Source of the DNA: Nibricoccus sp.
GTDB lineage: Bacteria > Verrucomicrobiota > Verrucomicrobiia > Opitutales > Opitutaceae
NCBI GenBank assembly: GCA_047602425.1
Contig: JASGHG010000001.1
Location: 3,616,001-3,680,000, forward strand
Direction of reading: 5' to 3'
Length of the DNA stretch: 64,000 nt
The notes beneath the pieces were generated by a model, which saw nothing but the letters and a program-made list of their open reading frames with translations, was not told where the DNA came from and did no database searches. Position numbers and translations under genes: made by a program. Position 1 is the first letter of the stretch; every line of letters starts with the position of its first letter. Positions 32,736-41,884 of this stretch are shown here, one piece after another.

Positions 32736-34831
32736 TTAGAAAAGTGGAAGTTCTTCCTGCCAGTCTTTATTAGTCTTCATTTGTTTTAAACGGGATGATC
32801 GACGTGGGCTGGAACTACGTTTATTATCCAAATTTACCGTTGTAAAAAGGATCTCTGCTGCGCGTGCAATCTCTAATAGTTTATCGATGTGCCAATAGAG
32901 AGGTTCTTTTGTGTGTGCAGCTGGAATTTGGAAAATTGGAGATAATACAGGGTTTAAATAAAACTTTATACGCTGTTCGCCACGTTTATTCTTAGTTGTA
33001 TGCGGAGTTGAAACAAGGTCACCATAACCCACGGCCTCTATCAAAAAGCGCCAAATCTCTCTATTGGATCTGGCTTCAAGTTCGTCTCGACGGAGCGAAA
33101 ATCCATTTGCTCCAGGATAGCTCATTGCAAGGTCGTCCCTGAGCTGTTCACGAAATTTTCGTCCGAGTTCATCTATAAATCGTCGGCGAACGTCGCCTCC
33201 GGGTTGCTCACTAAGTTTTTCGTGCCATTCACGACTGGCATTTTGGATACCAGCGACCGAGTTTCAGGTAGAATACTGCCTTCTGCGATGAGGTTTAGCC
33301 GCTTTGATTCAGAGTCTATAAGACGCTGCTCCTTTAGAAATAGGTCCCAAACGGCATGACAGAGATGGAGAAAAACAGTTATATTTGGGGCACTCAGAGC
33401 GATGACATCGTCACTGCCAAACCAAATTAAGCGTTGTGCCCGGCGTGCCGTTAACTGCAGCACTGCCTGCATTAGGCGTTCTTTGCGCCACCATTTTTTG
33501 AGCCAACTATTTTCTAGCGGCGGTGGTTTTGCGCGATTGGGCATTTTACCACGACCGCCTGTCTGTCTTCCCCACGCAGCGGCGAGTACTGCCAGTAATG
33601 GGTCTTTAGTTGTTAGATGTTGAAACCATTCGATCCATTTGGGCGACCAGTTTTCAGCCTCAGTTAACCTCAAAACACGGTTAAGCTGTTCTTGGCTGGG
33701 TGGACTACTTGCCAAGAGAGCAGCCCTATTGGAGGGGGCAGGTGAGCGACCGAAAATACGATTGAAGATCTTAACATCGGTTTCTACATCACCACCGTAT
33801 GCCCATTTTATTCTTCGATAAAAGGCATCCGAGGCAAACCTAGGAAAGGTCCATCCGGTTCGTCTTTCCCTTCGTGCAAGCATATCTTCAAGGTCTACTA
33901 GAAGGTAATCGCGGCGTGATTCTAACTTTGCGCCGCTTCCATGGACTTGCAGATACTCCGGTTGGTTCCATCCATAACGCCGAGTGCCAATTCTATAGTG
34001 AAGTCGAAGATCGCGAGACGCGAAGGCTCTATTTAGCATTTGGCGAAAACCAATTCGAACCCGCTGTTGGTGCTCACTGGCATCTTGGTGGAGCTCTTCT
34101 AACTGATCTACTCTTATAAAACATTTTACATCTCTCTTCAAGACGCCGCTTTGTTTGAGGCATTCAACGGTGCGCGCAATTGGCTCGCCAATAGCCGTTT
34201 TCGTTGCGGCGAGAAGATCAGGTATAGTTATATCTGGATTACTAATCCACCGTCGGTACGCTTTTATTCTGAATGAAAGGCGCTCTAGTACAGAATTTAG
34301 CGAGTCACAACCGTCTAGTGCTCCAAGCCAGCAGTCTTGTGGGGCCAATTTTTGAGCAAATTCTGCACTTCTCTCAATTTGGACGATGTTGTCGAAGACT
34401 TCTGGCCGAGTGCTGATGGCGACAATATTATTCAGCAGATCTTGAACGACAAGACTGTTGAAGAAATCGGCGAAAAAGAAAGGCAGGCGCTCGACGTCGA
34501 AATCATCGCCTTTACCTAGAGTTACTTGTCCAATATCGCAGATACCACTTTTGATTAAATGTATGCCGCCACTGACAAATCGTGCTGCACGGGCATTGAC
34601 TGGGAACGGCTGGTTTTTGTTGGCAAACGCAATACGAGTTTCTGGAAATAGTAAACGGAGGATCATTGACTTACCGCACCCTTGAGTGCCGCTCAAAACC
34701 ACATTACCCTCTTGAAATAGAGGGTTTATTGCCGATGTCAGTGGTATAGGACTGAATAAGTCTACAAAGGCTTCTTCATTGACGCTATCTGAAAGGTACA
34801 ATTCCTGAAATGGATTAATTTGCCAGTCCAT
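32736..34831 (-). CDS. ORC/CDC6-like P-loop ATPase (about 698 aa), frameshifted near 33258
   Basis: Walker A LSGTQGCGKS and Walker B-like IRVDQLEEL. After ILPET the alternative frame reads VAGIQNASREWHEKL...DDLAMSYPGANGF and runs into the 32736..33125 ORF. Confidence 0.8.
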
Positions 34832-34837
34832 AACCTA

Positions 34838-35899
34838 TTAAGCTCGTTTAGATCTGGGAAATAGCGGTTGCCAGTTTCCTGTCACTGATTTGTGATGAAC
34901 TAGTGGTAGAGTGTTATTTGGAGTATTACTATGGGAGACATAGGTTGCACCAGTTTCCTGATATCCAAACGCCGTGTATGGAGATGTATTTTTATCGGTA
35001 TGTGTACTGCCTGCAACCAATCCAAAAGTACTGTTGGCTAGTTTTTCAATTTCAGCGGCGATTTCTATTCCTTCTTTACCCCGCCTCTTGGGGCCTAGCA
35101 AATTCTCTTCGCTTAAAACGATAATCGGGGAAACATCTAGATTGGGAAGATCTTTTCGCAAATCGTTGATCTTGCTCAACCCCGGTGCACAAATAACTAG
35201 CGGGATGAATAGTATAGGGACGTTTAGATTCTGAGCAGCCCACTTAATTGGCCCAGTAACTTGTGTTCCGCTGCCAACAAAATCATCCAGCAGCACCAAT
35301 CGTTTTAGCGACGGAGCGCCCGCGGAAGAATTCGGTTTACTCATATATTTCTTAAATTTCGCTATAGTGCCATCTACTTCCTCAGGACTCTTGAAATGAT
35401 AATGATCGCGAAAACAAGGTCTATAATTCTCCGTAATGAGATTGATGTGGAGAAAATCTGCAATTTTCATACTATCCGTAACAGGACAGTACCACGTGAG
35501 AGTATGGAGTTCTTCTTGTAACCGAATTTGGAATTTTGGATCTAATAGTGAGAGTTTTTCTTTCTCAATTATCCATTGAGTGATTGGACCTGTGAAAGCC
35601 GTTTGATACAACGCTTCCATGTCATCTTGAGAGAAGTATGTAATGCGCCGCGCATATTTTAAGAGTAATTGCCTCTCCTCATCGGTTTTTACATTCCCCA
35701 TCCATTTGGCGAGTCGAACCATGTAGTCTGCATTAAAAGCTGGATTTTTTGTAGGAAGATAGTTGCGCCAATCATTGTCGGAAAACCACTGCAACCTGTC
35801 GTAAATCGCTTGATATTGAGATGCTAAACCGGGTTCCAAATCTGGACCTTGAGTTAAGTCCCAATTTTTAATTAATCTTTGGAGCTCCAAGAGGTCCAT
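34838..35899 (-). CDS. Phosphoribosyltransferase-like protein (PRTase-CE-like)
   Basis: PRPP-loop LVLLDDFVGSGTQ; C-terminal FGY...NTPNNTLP...WQPLFPR. Confidence 0.8.
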   Translation of the reverse strand: MDLLELQRLIKNWDLTQGPDLEPGLASQYQAIYDRLQWFSDNDWRNYLPTKNPAFNADYMVRLAKWMGNVKTDEERQLLLKYARRITYFSQDDMEALYQTAFTGPITQWIIEKEKLSLLDPKFQIRLQEELHTLTWYCPVTDSMKIADFLHINLITENYRPCFRDHYHFKSPEEVDGTIAKFKKYMSKPNSSAGAPSLKRLVLLDDFVGSGTQVTGPIKWAAQNLNVPILFIPLVICAPGLSKINDLRKDLPNLDVSPIIVLSEENLLGPKRRGKEGIEIAAEIEKLANSTFGLVAGSTHTDKNTSPYTAFGYQETGATYVSHSNTPNNTLPLVHHKSVTGNWQPLFPRSKRA

Positions 35900-35900
35900 C

Positions 35901-37082
35901 TTAACGGTGGTTTAATAGACCAGTAGTTAAATCTGCTGCGACAGCGCCGAGGGGCGGGGGGACGGCATTACCGATTATCCGATATTGAGCAATTTCGCTT
36001 CCTCGGAAAACATAGTTATCGGCGAAGCCTTGAATACGCGCTGCTTCTCGAACTGTAAAACCTCGGTGATGTTGCGGGTGCAGAAAATAACGCGGAGAGC
36101 CAAACCGAGTGTCAACCGTGCAACTTGGCTTATTCCAAGCAAGTCGTCGAAACTTTCCATTAAATGTTCCCACGAGGTCAATGCCTCCTTCGACACGCCT
36201 CAAGTAGCCTTTTGTAATCAGCCCTTCTGTTAATCGGTGAAAGCGGATGCCTAGTGCTGCTTCCAATCGCTCAATGCTTACAGGATCTGCGTCACCATGA
36301 TCTCTTTGGCGTTCCTGTCTTCTCAGACGCCGCAACAATTCAAGAACCGTGCGTTCGTGTTCAGTTGTACGTCCGAATACCTCAGGAATATCCCATGTAG
36401 CTATAGCATTTGCCCCCCCGCGTACATTTGACAATTTCTGTCCCTGTTTAATCCGCAATGCGATCTTCCAATCACGAGAGCCGACAGATAAGTTGCGAGG
36501 TAGATGGTTTGAGTGGGAACTTACCCCTCGAAGAACAGTGTGAAGATCGCTAGGCTTAAACCTAGGTATCACGAATTTCATGTCCCGACCAGTTCGCCAC
36601 GCAAAGAAGAGTACACGACGTCGTAGTTGTGCCATGCCGAGTTCTGATACTTGGCAACGCAGAGTATGTGTGCGATAACCACGAAGCCTCATCAAATATT
36701 CGAGCGACTTGAAATATTGGGCGTGTTCACCAGAGAGGGCGCCAGCGACATTTTCGACCACGAGAACTTTGGGTAATACGCGGTTGGCTAAATAACCGGT
36801 TAGGGTGAGCAGGTGGTTTCGATGATCATCAACTTGCCGCTTACCCACTGTAGAGAACCCTTGACAGGGAGGCCCAGCGATCAGTGCGTCGACTCCGTTT
36901 AATGTGTGCTCGTTCGGTATCCCGTTCGTCAGGTCTGCTCGGAAAATCGGTCCACCAACGTTGGCAGAAAAATTTTCGATAGCTTCTGGGTCACAGTCAT
37001 AAGCACCACTCGGATTGAAACCACGGGATGAGAACCCGAGATCAAAACCTCCACATCCAGAGAATAGACTAGCGAACTTCAT
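35901..37082 (-). CDS. DNA (cytosine-5) methyltransferase
   Basis: Motif I LFSGCGG, IV GPPCQGFS, VI VENV, VIII QLRRRV, IX REAARIQGF and X IGNAVPP. Confidence 0.96.
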   Translation of the reverse strand: MKFASLFSGCGGFDLGFSSRGFNPSGAYDCDPEAIENFSANVGGPIFRADLTNGIPNEHTLNGVDALIAGPPCQGFSTVGKRQVDDHRNHLLTLTGYLANRVLPKVLVVENVAGALSGEHAQYFKSLEYLMRLRGYRTHTLRCQVSELGMAQLRRRVLFFAWRTGRDMKFVIPRFKPSDLHTVLRGVSSHSNHLPRNLSVGSRDWKIALRIKQGQKLSNVRGGANAIATWDIPEVFGRTTEHERTVLELLRRLRRQERQRDHGDADPVSIERLEAALGIRFHRLTEGLITKGYLRRVEGGIDLVGTFNGKFRRLAWNKPSCTVDTRFGSPRYFLHPQHHRGFTVREAARIQGFADNYVFRGSEIAQYRIIGNAVPPPLGAVAADLTTGLLNHR

Positions 37083-37672
37083 ATGAGATCCTTACGCTAG
37101 TGTGGCGTTGCGCAGATTATTCTTTAAGAATGGACGCCAATTTAGTGACAAGTTTGGGTTTAAGAGACGTCGTAGGTACATTGCTGGAAGCCCTCTTTTT
37201 TTGTATCAGGCGGGAGATGACTAGTTTGATAATTTCTGCGATTACGCAATCTTGGATTCTTCCTGCGTACAGAAATTAACGAAGACGCAGAACGCAGATA
37301 CGGAGCAGGCAAGCAGTGAAGGCTGGCAGAAATTTAATGTTTTAGATTGAGGAGGTTTTTGCAGAACGGTGGGTGATGATGGCTGCAAGGCGATATCTGG
37401 GGAATTTGTCTTGGCTACGGAGACTTATTATCATCGGGCGAGGGCTTTTTTGGGTTGGGCTGCATTTGTACAATGGCCTGCACAGTGGCGGTCACGTCCG
37501 CCTTGTCGACGTGGAGGTATTTCTGAGACGAGCGAATGACGGTCTCAGGCTTTGACTCATGAGAAACGCACCACGTGGCGCGAGTAGAAAGGTGGCCTCA
37601 CACGCAACTACCTTGGTTGATGTCTCGGTGGATTACGTTGTGGTGCAGAATCGTAAAACAAGACTGCAAAGC

Positions 37673-39157
37673 CTACTCGGTGGTCCACGAACGGGCACGC
37701 TCGATGGCTCGGCTCCAACCTCGGCGGTGAACTTCGCGTTTCGTTGAGTCCATTGTCGGGAGGAAGCGGTGCTCTTCGCTCCAGCGCTGGGCGATTTCTG
37801 ATGGTTCGCGGAAGATTCCTACGGCGAGACCGGCGAGGCAGGCGGCGCCGAGAGCGGTTGTCTCCACCGTATTTGGCCGAACCACGGGACAGTTGAGAAG
37901 GTCGGCCTGGAATTGCATGAGCAGGTTGTTGGCGGCGGCGCCGCCGTCGACGCGCAGCTCTTTGAGATGGATGCCGGTGTCGGCTTCCATCGCTTTCAGG
38001 ACATCGGTTACTTGGTGGGCGATCGCTTCGACTGCGGCTCGCGCGATATGGCCCGCTCCAGTTCCGCGCGTCAGACCAAGGATGGCGCCCCGGGCATCTT
38101 GATCCCAATACGGCGCACCCAAACCAACGAAAGCCGGCACAAAATAAACTCCGCCGTTGTCGGGGACCGACGTGGCCAGTCGCTCGACTTCGCGCGCCTC
38201 GCGGATGAAACCGAGCGCATCGCGCAAGTACTGAACCACGGCACCCGCCACAAAGACGCTGCCTTCCAGGGCGTATTCGATCCGACCATTGAGGCGCCAG
38301 GCGATCGTGCTGAGCAAACGCTGGCGCGAACGCACGCGCTCCAGCCCGGTGTGCATGAGCATGAAGCAGCCCGTGCCGTAGGTGTTTTTGGCCATGCCGG
38401 GTTGCAGGCAGGCTTGCCCAAACAGGGCGGCTTGTTGGTCGCCCGCGATGCCGGCGATGACCACACCCGGCACGACTTCGGTGGCGGTGGCGTAGACTTC
38501 GCTTGAATCCCGAATCTCGGGGAGGAGCGCGCGGGGAATGGTGAAGAGGGCCAGCAGCTCGTCGTCCCATCTGCCCGAGGAAATATCCACCAGCATCGTG
38601 CGCGAAGCGTTCGACGCATCGGTCAGGTGGGACTGGCCGCCCGTGAGTTTCCACACGAGCCAGGAGTCGATCGTGCCAAAAGCGAGTTCGCCTTTTTCCG
38701 CCTGGGCTCGCGCCCCCGGGACGTGATCGAGCAGCCAGCGAATCTTGCTCGCCGAGAAATATGCATCAATGACCAAACCGGTTTTCTCCGCCACGAAAGG
38801 CGCGTGACCGGCCTCGCGCAGTTGTTCGCAGTAGGCGGCGGTCCGCCGATCCTGCCACACGATGGCCGGCGCGATGGGACGTCCCGTTTTTCGATCCCAG
38901 ATCAGCGTGGTTTCGCGCTGGTTGGTGATGCCGAGCGCAGCGAGATCGCCGGGGCGCAAGTGAGCCTTGGCCAGAGCTTCCGTGATCGTGGCCGCCTGGC
39001 TTTGCCAGATTTCCTCGGGATCGTGTTCCACCCAGCCTGGCTGCGGAAAGTACTGGGGAAACTCCCGCTGTGCGGAGGCGACGAGTGCTCCCGCCGAATC
39101 GAATATCATCGAGCGCGAACTCGAGGTGCCCTGATCGATGGCGAGGAGATACTTCAT
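37673..39157 (-). CDS. glpK: Glycerol kinase
   Basis: [42 protein letters not shown] and YALEGS motifs. Confidence 0.97.
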   Translation of the reverse strand: MKYLLAIDQGTSSSRSMIFDSAGALVASAQREFPQYFPQPGWVEHDPEEIWQSQAATITEALAKAHLRPGDLAALGITNQRETTLIWDRKTGRPIAPAIVWQDRRTAAYCEQLREAGHAPFVAEKTGLVIDAYFSASKIRWLLDHVPGARAQAEKGELAFGTIDSWLVWKLTGGQSHLTDASNASRTMLVDISSGRWDDELLALFTIPRALLPEIRDSSEVYATATEVVPGVVIAGIAGDQQAALFGQACLQPGMAKNTYGTGCFMLMHTGLERVRSRQRLLSTIAWRLNGRIEYALEGSVFVAGAVVQYLRDALGFIREAREVERLATSVPDNGGVYFVPAFVGLGAPYWDQDARGAILGLTRGTGAGHIARAAVEAIAHQVTDVLKAMEADTGIHLKELRVDGGAAANNLLMQFQADLLNCPVVRPNTVETTALGAACLAGLAVGIFREPSEIAQRWSEEHRFLPTMDSTKREVHRRGWSRAIERARSWTTE

Positions 39158-39372
39158 CGGCAGATGAGGAGGGGTAGGAAGACAACGTTCGGTCGCTTAG
39201 AGCGAAGGCGCTACCTCCCGGTAGTCAAGGCCGAGCCGCGGCGAATCGGACTTGCCGGTGGCACCCAGGTGTGACGAGGAAATGCACACTCAGGCACCGA
39301 GGCAAAAAGAGTCTTTGCGGATCTCTGCGATCTTCGTGTTAAACCATTTATTACTCGGTCTGGCATCAACAA

Positions 39373-39427
39373 GGTAGGGGCAATGCTCCGTCATTGCCCG
39401 AGGACATTGCGGAGCATTGTCCCTACC
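39373..39427. repeat. GTAG-type REP doublet (inverted)
   Basis: ggtaggggcaatgctccg ... cggagcattgtccctacc (17/18 complementary). Confidence 0.8.
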
Positions 39428-39565
39428 GGCGCTACCGCGCCAAAGTGTCAAATCGAGAGGTAAATGGAAATGAACGATGTGGATGGAGGCCGGTTAGACA
39501 GAACTGTCGAGAAGAGCGAGAAATTATCCGGTGCCGAGAAAATCCCTTGAGGGAAAGGCCGGTGC

Positions 39566-39778
39566 CTAGCGCGTCTTGGCGCGGGCGGTCTCTTTGGTCT
39601 GCTTTTCGGCAATCATCTTGACGGCTTGTCCAATGCGGGCGGCGCGGGTTTCGGGGCGCTTGGCTTCGCCGATCCATTTCAGATATTCGCGTTGGTGGGC
39701 CGCGGTGCAGTCGGCGAAGAATTCGCTCAAGCCGGCCTTGGCGAGCGCGGCTTCCAAATCAGGCAGTGGCGTGGACAT
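39566..39778 (-). CDS. YdeI/OmpD-associated family small protein
   Basis: LPDLEAAL...FF...HQREYLKWIGEAKRPETRAARI. Confidence 0.85.
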   Translation of the reverse strand: MSTPLPDLEAALAKAGLSEFFADCTAAHQREYLKWIGEAKRPETRAARIGQAVKMIAEKQTKETARAKTR

Positions 39779-40559
39779 GGTGGGGTGTGCTTTTCGAACT
39801 CCAGCGATAAAAGATCAGGCCGATGACGAGCAAGGTCACGCCGAGGCTGCCGGTTTTCATGATGGCGGCGCCCAGGAGTTGGTCTTCCATCGGGCCGAAG
39901 GCGGCGAAGAGGCGTGGCGCGTATTCGTAGGTGGGATACAGGACGTTGTCGGAAAAGGCGATGAAGGCGAAGAGCGGCGTCATGCCGATCGTCACGGCGA
40001 CGAGGTAGAGCACGCGACCGGCGTAACCGAGCGGCGGATACTCAGGCGATGGGCTGAGGATCGGCCACCAGTAAAAAAGCGCGGCGCCGAAAAACATCAG
40101 GTGTTCGAGCACGTGGATGTTTTTGTCGCGGAGCGCGAGGTCATAGAGTCCAGGAGCATGCCAGACGGAAAGGGTGATGGTATAAAGCAACCCGCAAACC
40201 ACCGGATGCGTGAACAGGCGCAACGGTACGTGTAAAGAAGACCGGCGTGTTATAGGTTGAAGCAGCCAAGTCGGCAGCCCGGTGAGAAAGAGCACCGCGG
40301 AAACGTAGATCAAGAGCTGGTGCTGGATCATGTGCGCGCTGAGAAGAAAACGCTCACCGGCCTGGTCGAGGGGTGAACCAACCGCCAGATAGAAAACGAA
40401 CAGGGCGAGGTAAAAGCGAAGCGCGTGACCGCGGGGAAACGGCTGGCCATGCGCGAGGCAGTCGCGGAGAGGTCCGGTCAGCAAGGCGAAGAGCCACCCG
40501 GCGACAATGAGTCCGCCGATCAGGTAGGGTTCATTGTGCCAGTGCCGCCAGTCGATCAT
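39759..40559 (-). CDS. ctaG: Cytochrome c oxidase assembly factor, caa3-type CtaG family
   Basis: SPLD...SAHMIQH, WHAPGLYD, HVLEH, FYWWP and DQLLGAAIMK motifs. Confidence 0.88.
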   Translation of the reverse strand: MIDWRHWHNEPYLIGGLIVAGWLFALLTGPLRDCLAHGQPFPRGHALRFYLALFVFYLAVGSPLDQAGERFLLSAHMIQHQLLIYVSAVLFLTGLPTWLLQPITRRSSLHVPLRLFTHPVVCGLLYTITLSVWHAPGLYDLALRDKNIHVLEHLMFFGAALFYWWPILSPSPEYPPLGYAGRVLYLVAVTIGMTPLFAFIAFSDNVLYPTYEYAPRLFAAFGPMEDQLLGAAIMKTGSLGVTLLVIGLIFYRWSSKSTPHHVHATA

Positions 40560-40562
40560 GGT

Positions 40563-40916
40563 TTAGCCCACTGCGCCGGTGCAGTGGGTGAGGAGCGCGC
40601 TGGTCAGCGGGGCGCTGGCCTCGCCGGCGAAGAGGGCGATAAGCGCGGCGGCGGTGCCGAGGGCAAGGATCAGGCCGATGAAAAACAGGATGGTGCAAAA
40701 GGCCTTGTCCCACTTCAGGTGCATGAACACGAAGATGACGAAGAGGAATTTGACGGCCGACAAGATCACGAGGGTGGAGACGAGCAGCCACTTCGCGAAA
40801 GGCAGGTAAACGAGCACGATCTCCACGCCGGTGATGACGGCGAGCACCATGGCGATCTGCACGAAGATGTGAAATTTGCTCTGCTCAGGATTCAGGCTGG
40901 CGGTGGAGGAGCTCAT
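40563..40916 (-). CDS. Cytochrome c oxidase subunit IV family protein
   Basis: LAVITGVE, SAVKF and FMHLKWD motifs; three TM segments. Confidence 0.88.
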   Translation of the reverse strand: MSSSTASLNPEQSKFHIFVQIAMVLAVITGVEIVLVYLPFAKWLLVSTLVILSAVKFLFVIFVFMHLKWDKAFCTILFFIGLILALGTAAALIALFAGEASAPLTSALLTHCTGAVG

Positions 40917-40927
40917 GGCGGGGAAAA

Positions 40928-41761
40928 TCAGAGGTATTCGAGAAGGTAAACGGCGGTGAAGATCACAATCCACACGATATCGACAAAGTGCCAGTACAAG
41001 CCCATCGATTCGACGTCGATGGCGTTGGCCTCGCCGAATTCGACCGCGGATTTCTTACGGCTCAACGCGTAAAGGCCGAGCAGTCCGGCAACCATTACGA
41101 TGAGGGAAACGACATGGTGTTGCGCGAACACGTCGAGGTTTTCGTGAGTTTGCAGGGCGTGGATGAAGCCGAGGATGGAAGCCATGCCGGCGACGATGGT
41201 GACGCCGAAGACCGCCAAGTGCAGGCCGGCGCGGGCGATCCAAGCGCTGCCGTCGGCCGGCTTGAAGGAACGGATGTACATCAGGATCAGCCAGAGCACG
41301 CCGATGGCGACGTGGCAGCCGTGGGTGCCGGTGAGCGTGTAGAACGTGTCGGCAAAAATTTGCCCGTGGCCGATCTTCAAGTCCTTTTCGTGCGCAAAGT
41401 GCGTGAACTCGTAGACCTGGCAGCCAAGGAAGATGAGGCCGAAGAAAATTGTCCCGAGCAGATTGTGACGCGTGCTTTTCAGCAGGCCTTTTTGAATGGA
41501 GTTCACCGCCAGCGCCATGAGGAGCGACGACATCAGGAGGATGAACGTGGAAAACGAGGTGAGCTCGATGCTGAAGACCTTGGCGACATTGGGAGAGCCC
41601 GGAGGTGGATGCAGCCGGTAGATCAGATGCGTCGAGATCAGCGCGCCGAAGAACATGCAGTCCGAGGCAAGAAACGCCCACATGAAAAGCTTCTTGTTGG
41701 GAATACCGGTCGACGTGGTGGCGTCGTGGTGGTGATCGATGGTTGCGGCGTGGCTGCTCAT
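40928..41761 (-). CDS. ctaE: Cytochrome c oxidase subunit III
   Basis: MWAFLASDCMFF, FLGCQVYEF, FYTLTGTHGCHV and GLYWHFVDIVW motifs. Confidence 0.93.
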   Translation of the reverse strand: MSSHAATIDHHHDATTSTGIPNKKLFMWAFLASDCMFFGALISTHLIYRLHPPPGSPNVAKVFSIELTSFSTFILLMSSLLMALAVNSIQKGLLKSTRHNLLGTIFFGLIFLGCQVYEFTHFAHEKDLKIGHGQIFADTFYTLTGTHGCHVAIGVLWLILMYIRSFKPADGSAWIARAGLHLAVFGVTIVAGMASILGFIHALQTHENLDVFAQHHVVSLIVMVAGLLGLYALSRKKSAVEFGEANAIDVESMGLYWHFVDIVWIVIFTAVYLLEYL

Positions 41762-41786
41762 GAAAATGGTGAGAAGATTATACGGG

Positions 41787-41876
41787 TTTCTTTATTCTTT
41801 CTCGTTCTCTTTATCTTTCGTCCGATCGAGGGAAAAGGCGGAGAAAGAGAAAGATTAAGATAAAGACGAAAGATTA
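41787..41876. repeat. Low-complexity inverted repeat, (TCTTTM)n / (KAAAGA)n, inside the cox operon
   Basis: A pyrimidine arm (41787-41822) and a purine arm (41841-41876) are imperfectly complementary. Confidence 0.55.
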
Positions 41877-41884
41877 GGTGGAAA

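Noticed and set aside
31620..37600. Calling the AT-rich operon a defined mobile element
   Set aside because: No integrase, transposase, tRNA target or terminal direct repeat was found by eye. Only composition suggests horizontal origin.
37373..37747. Short ORFs between the methyltransferase and glpK
   Set aside because: No recognisable motifs or convincing starts; one overlaps glpK antisense.
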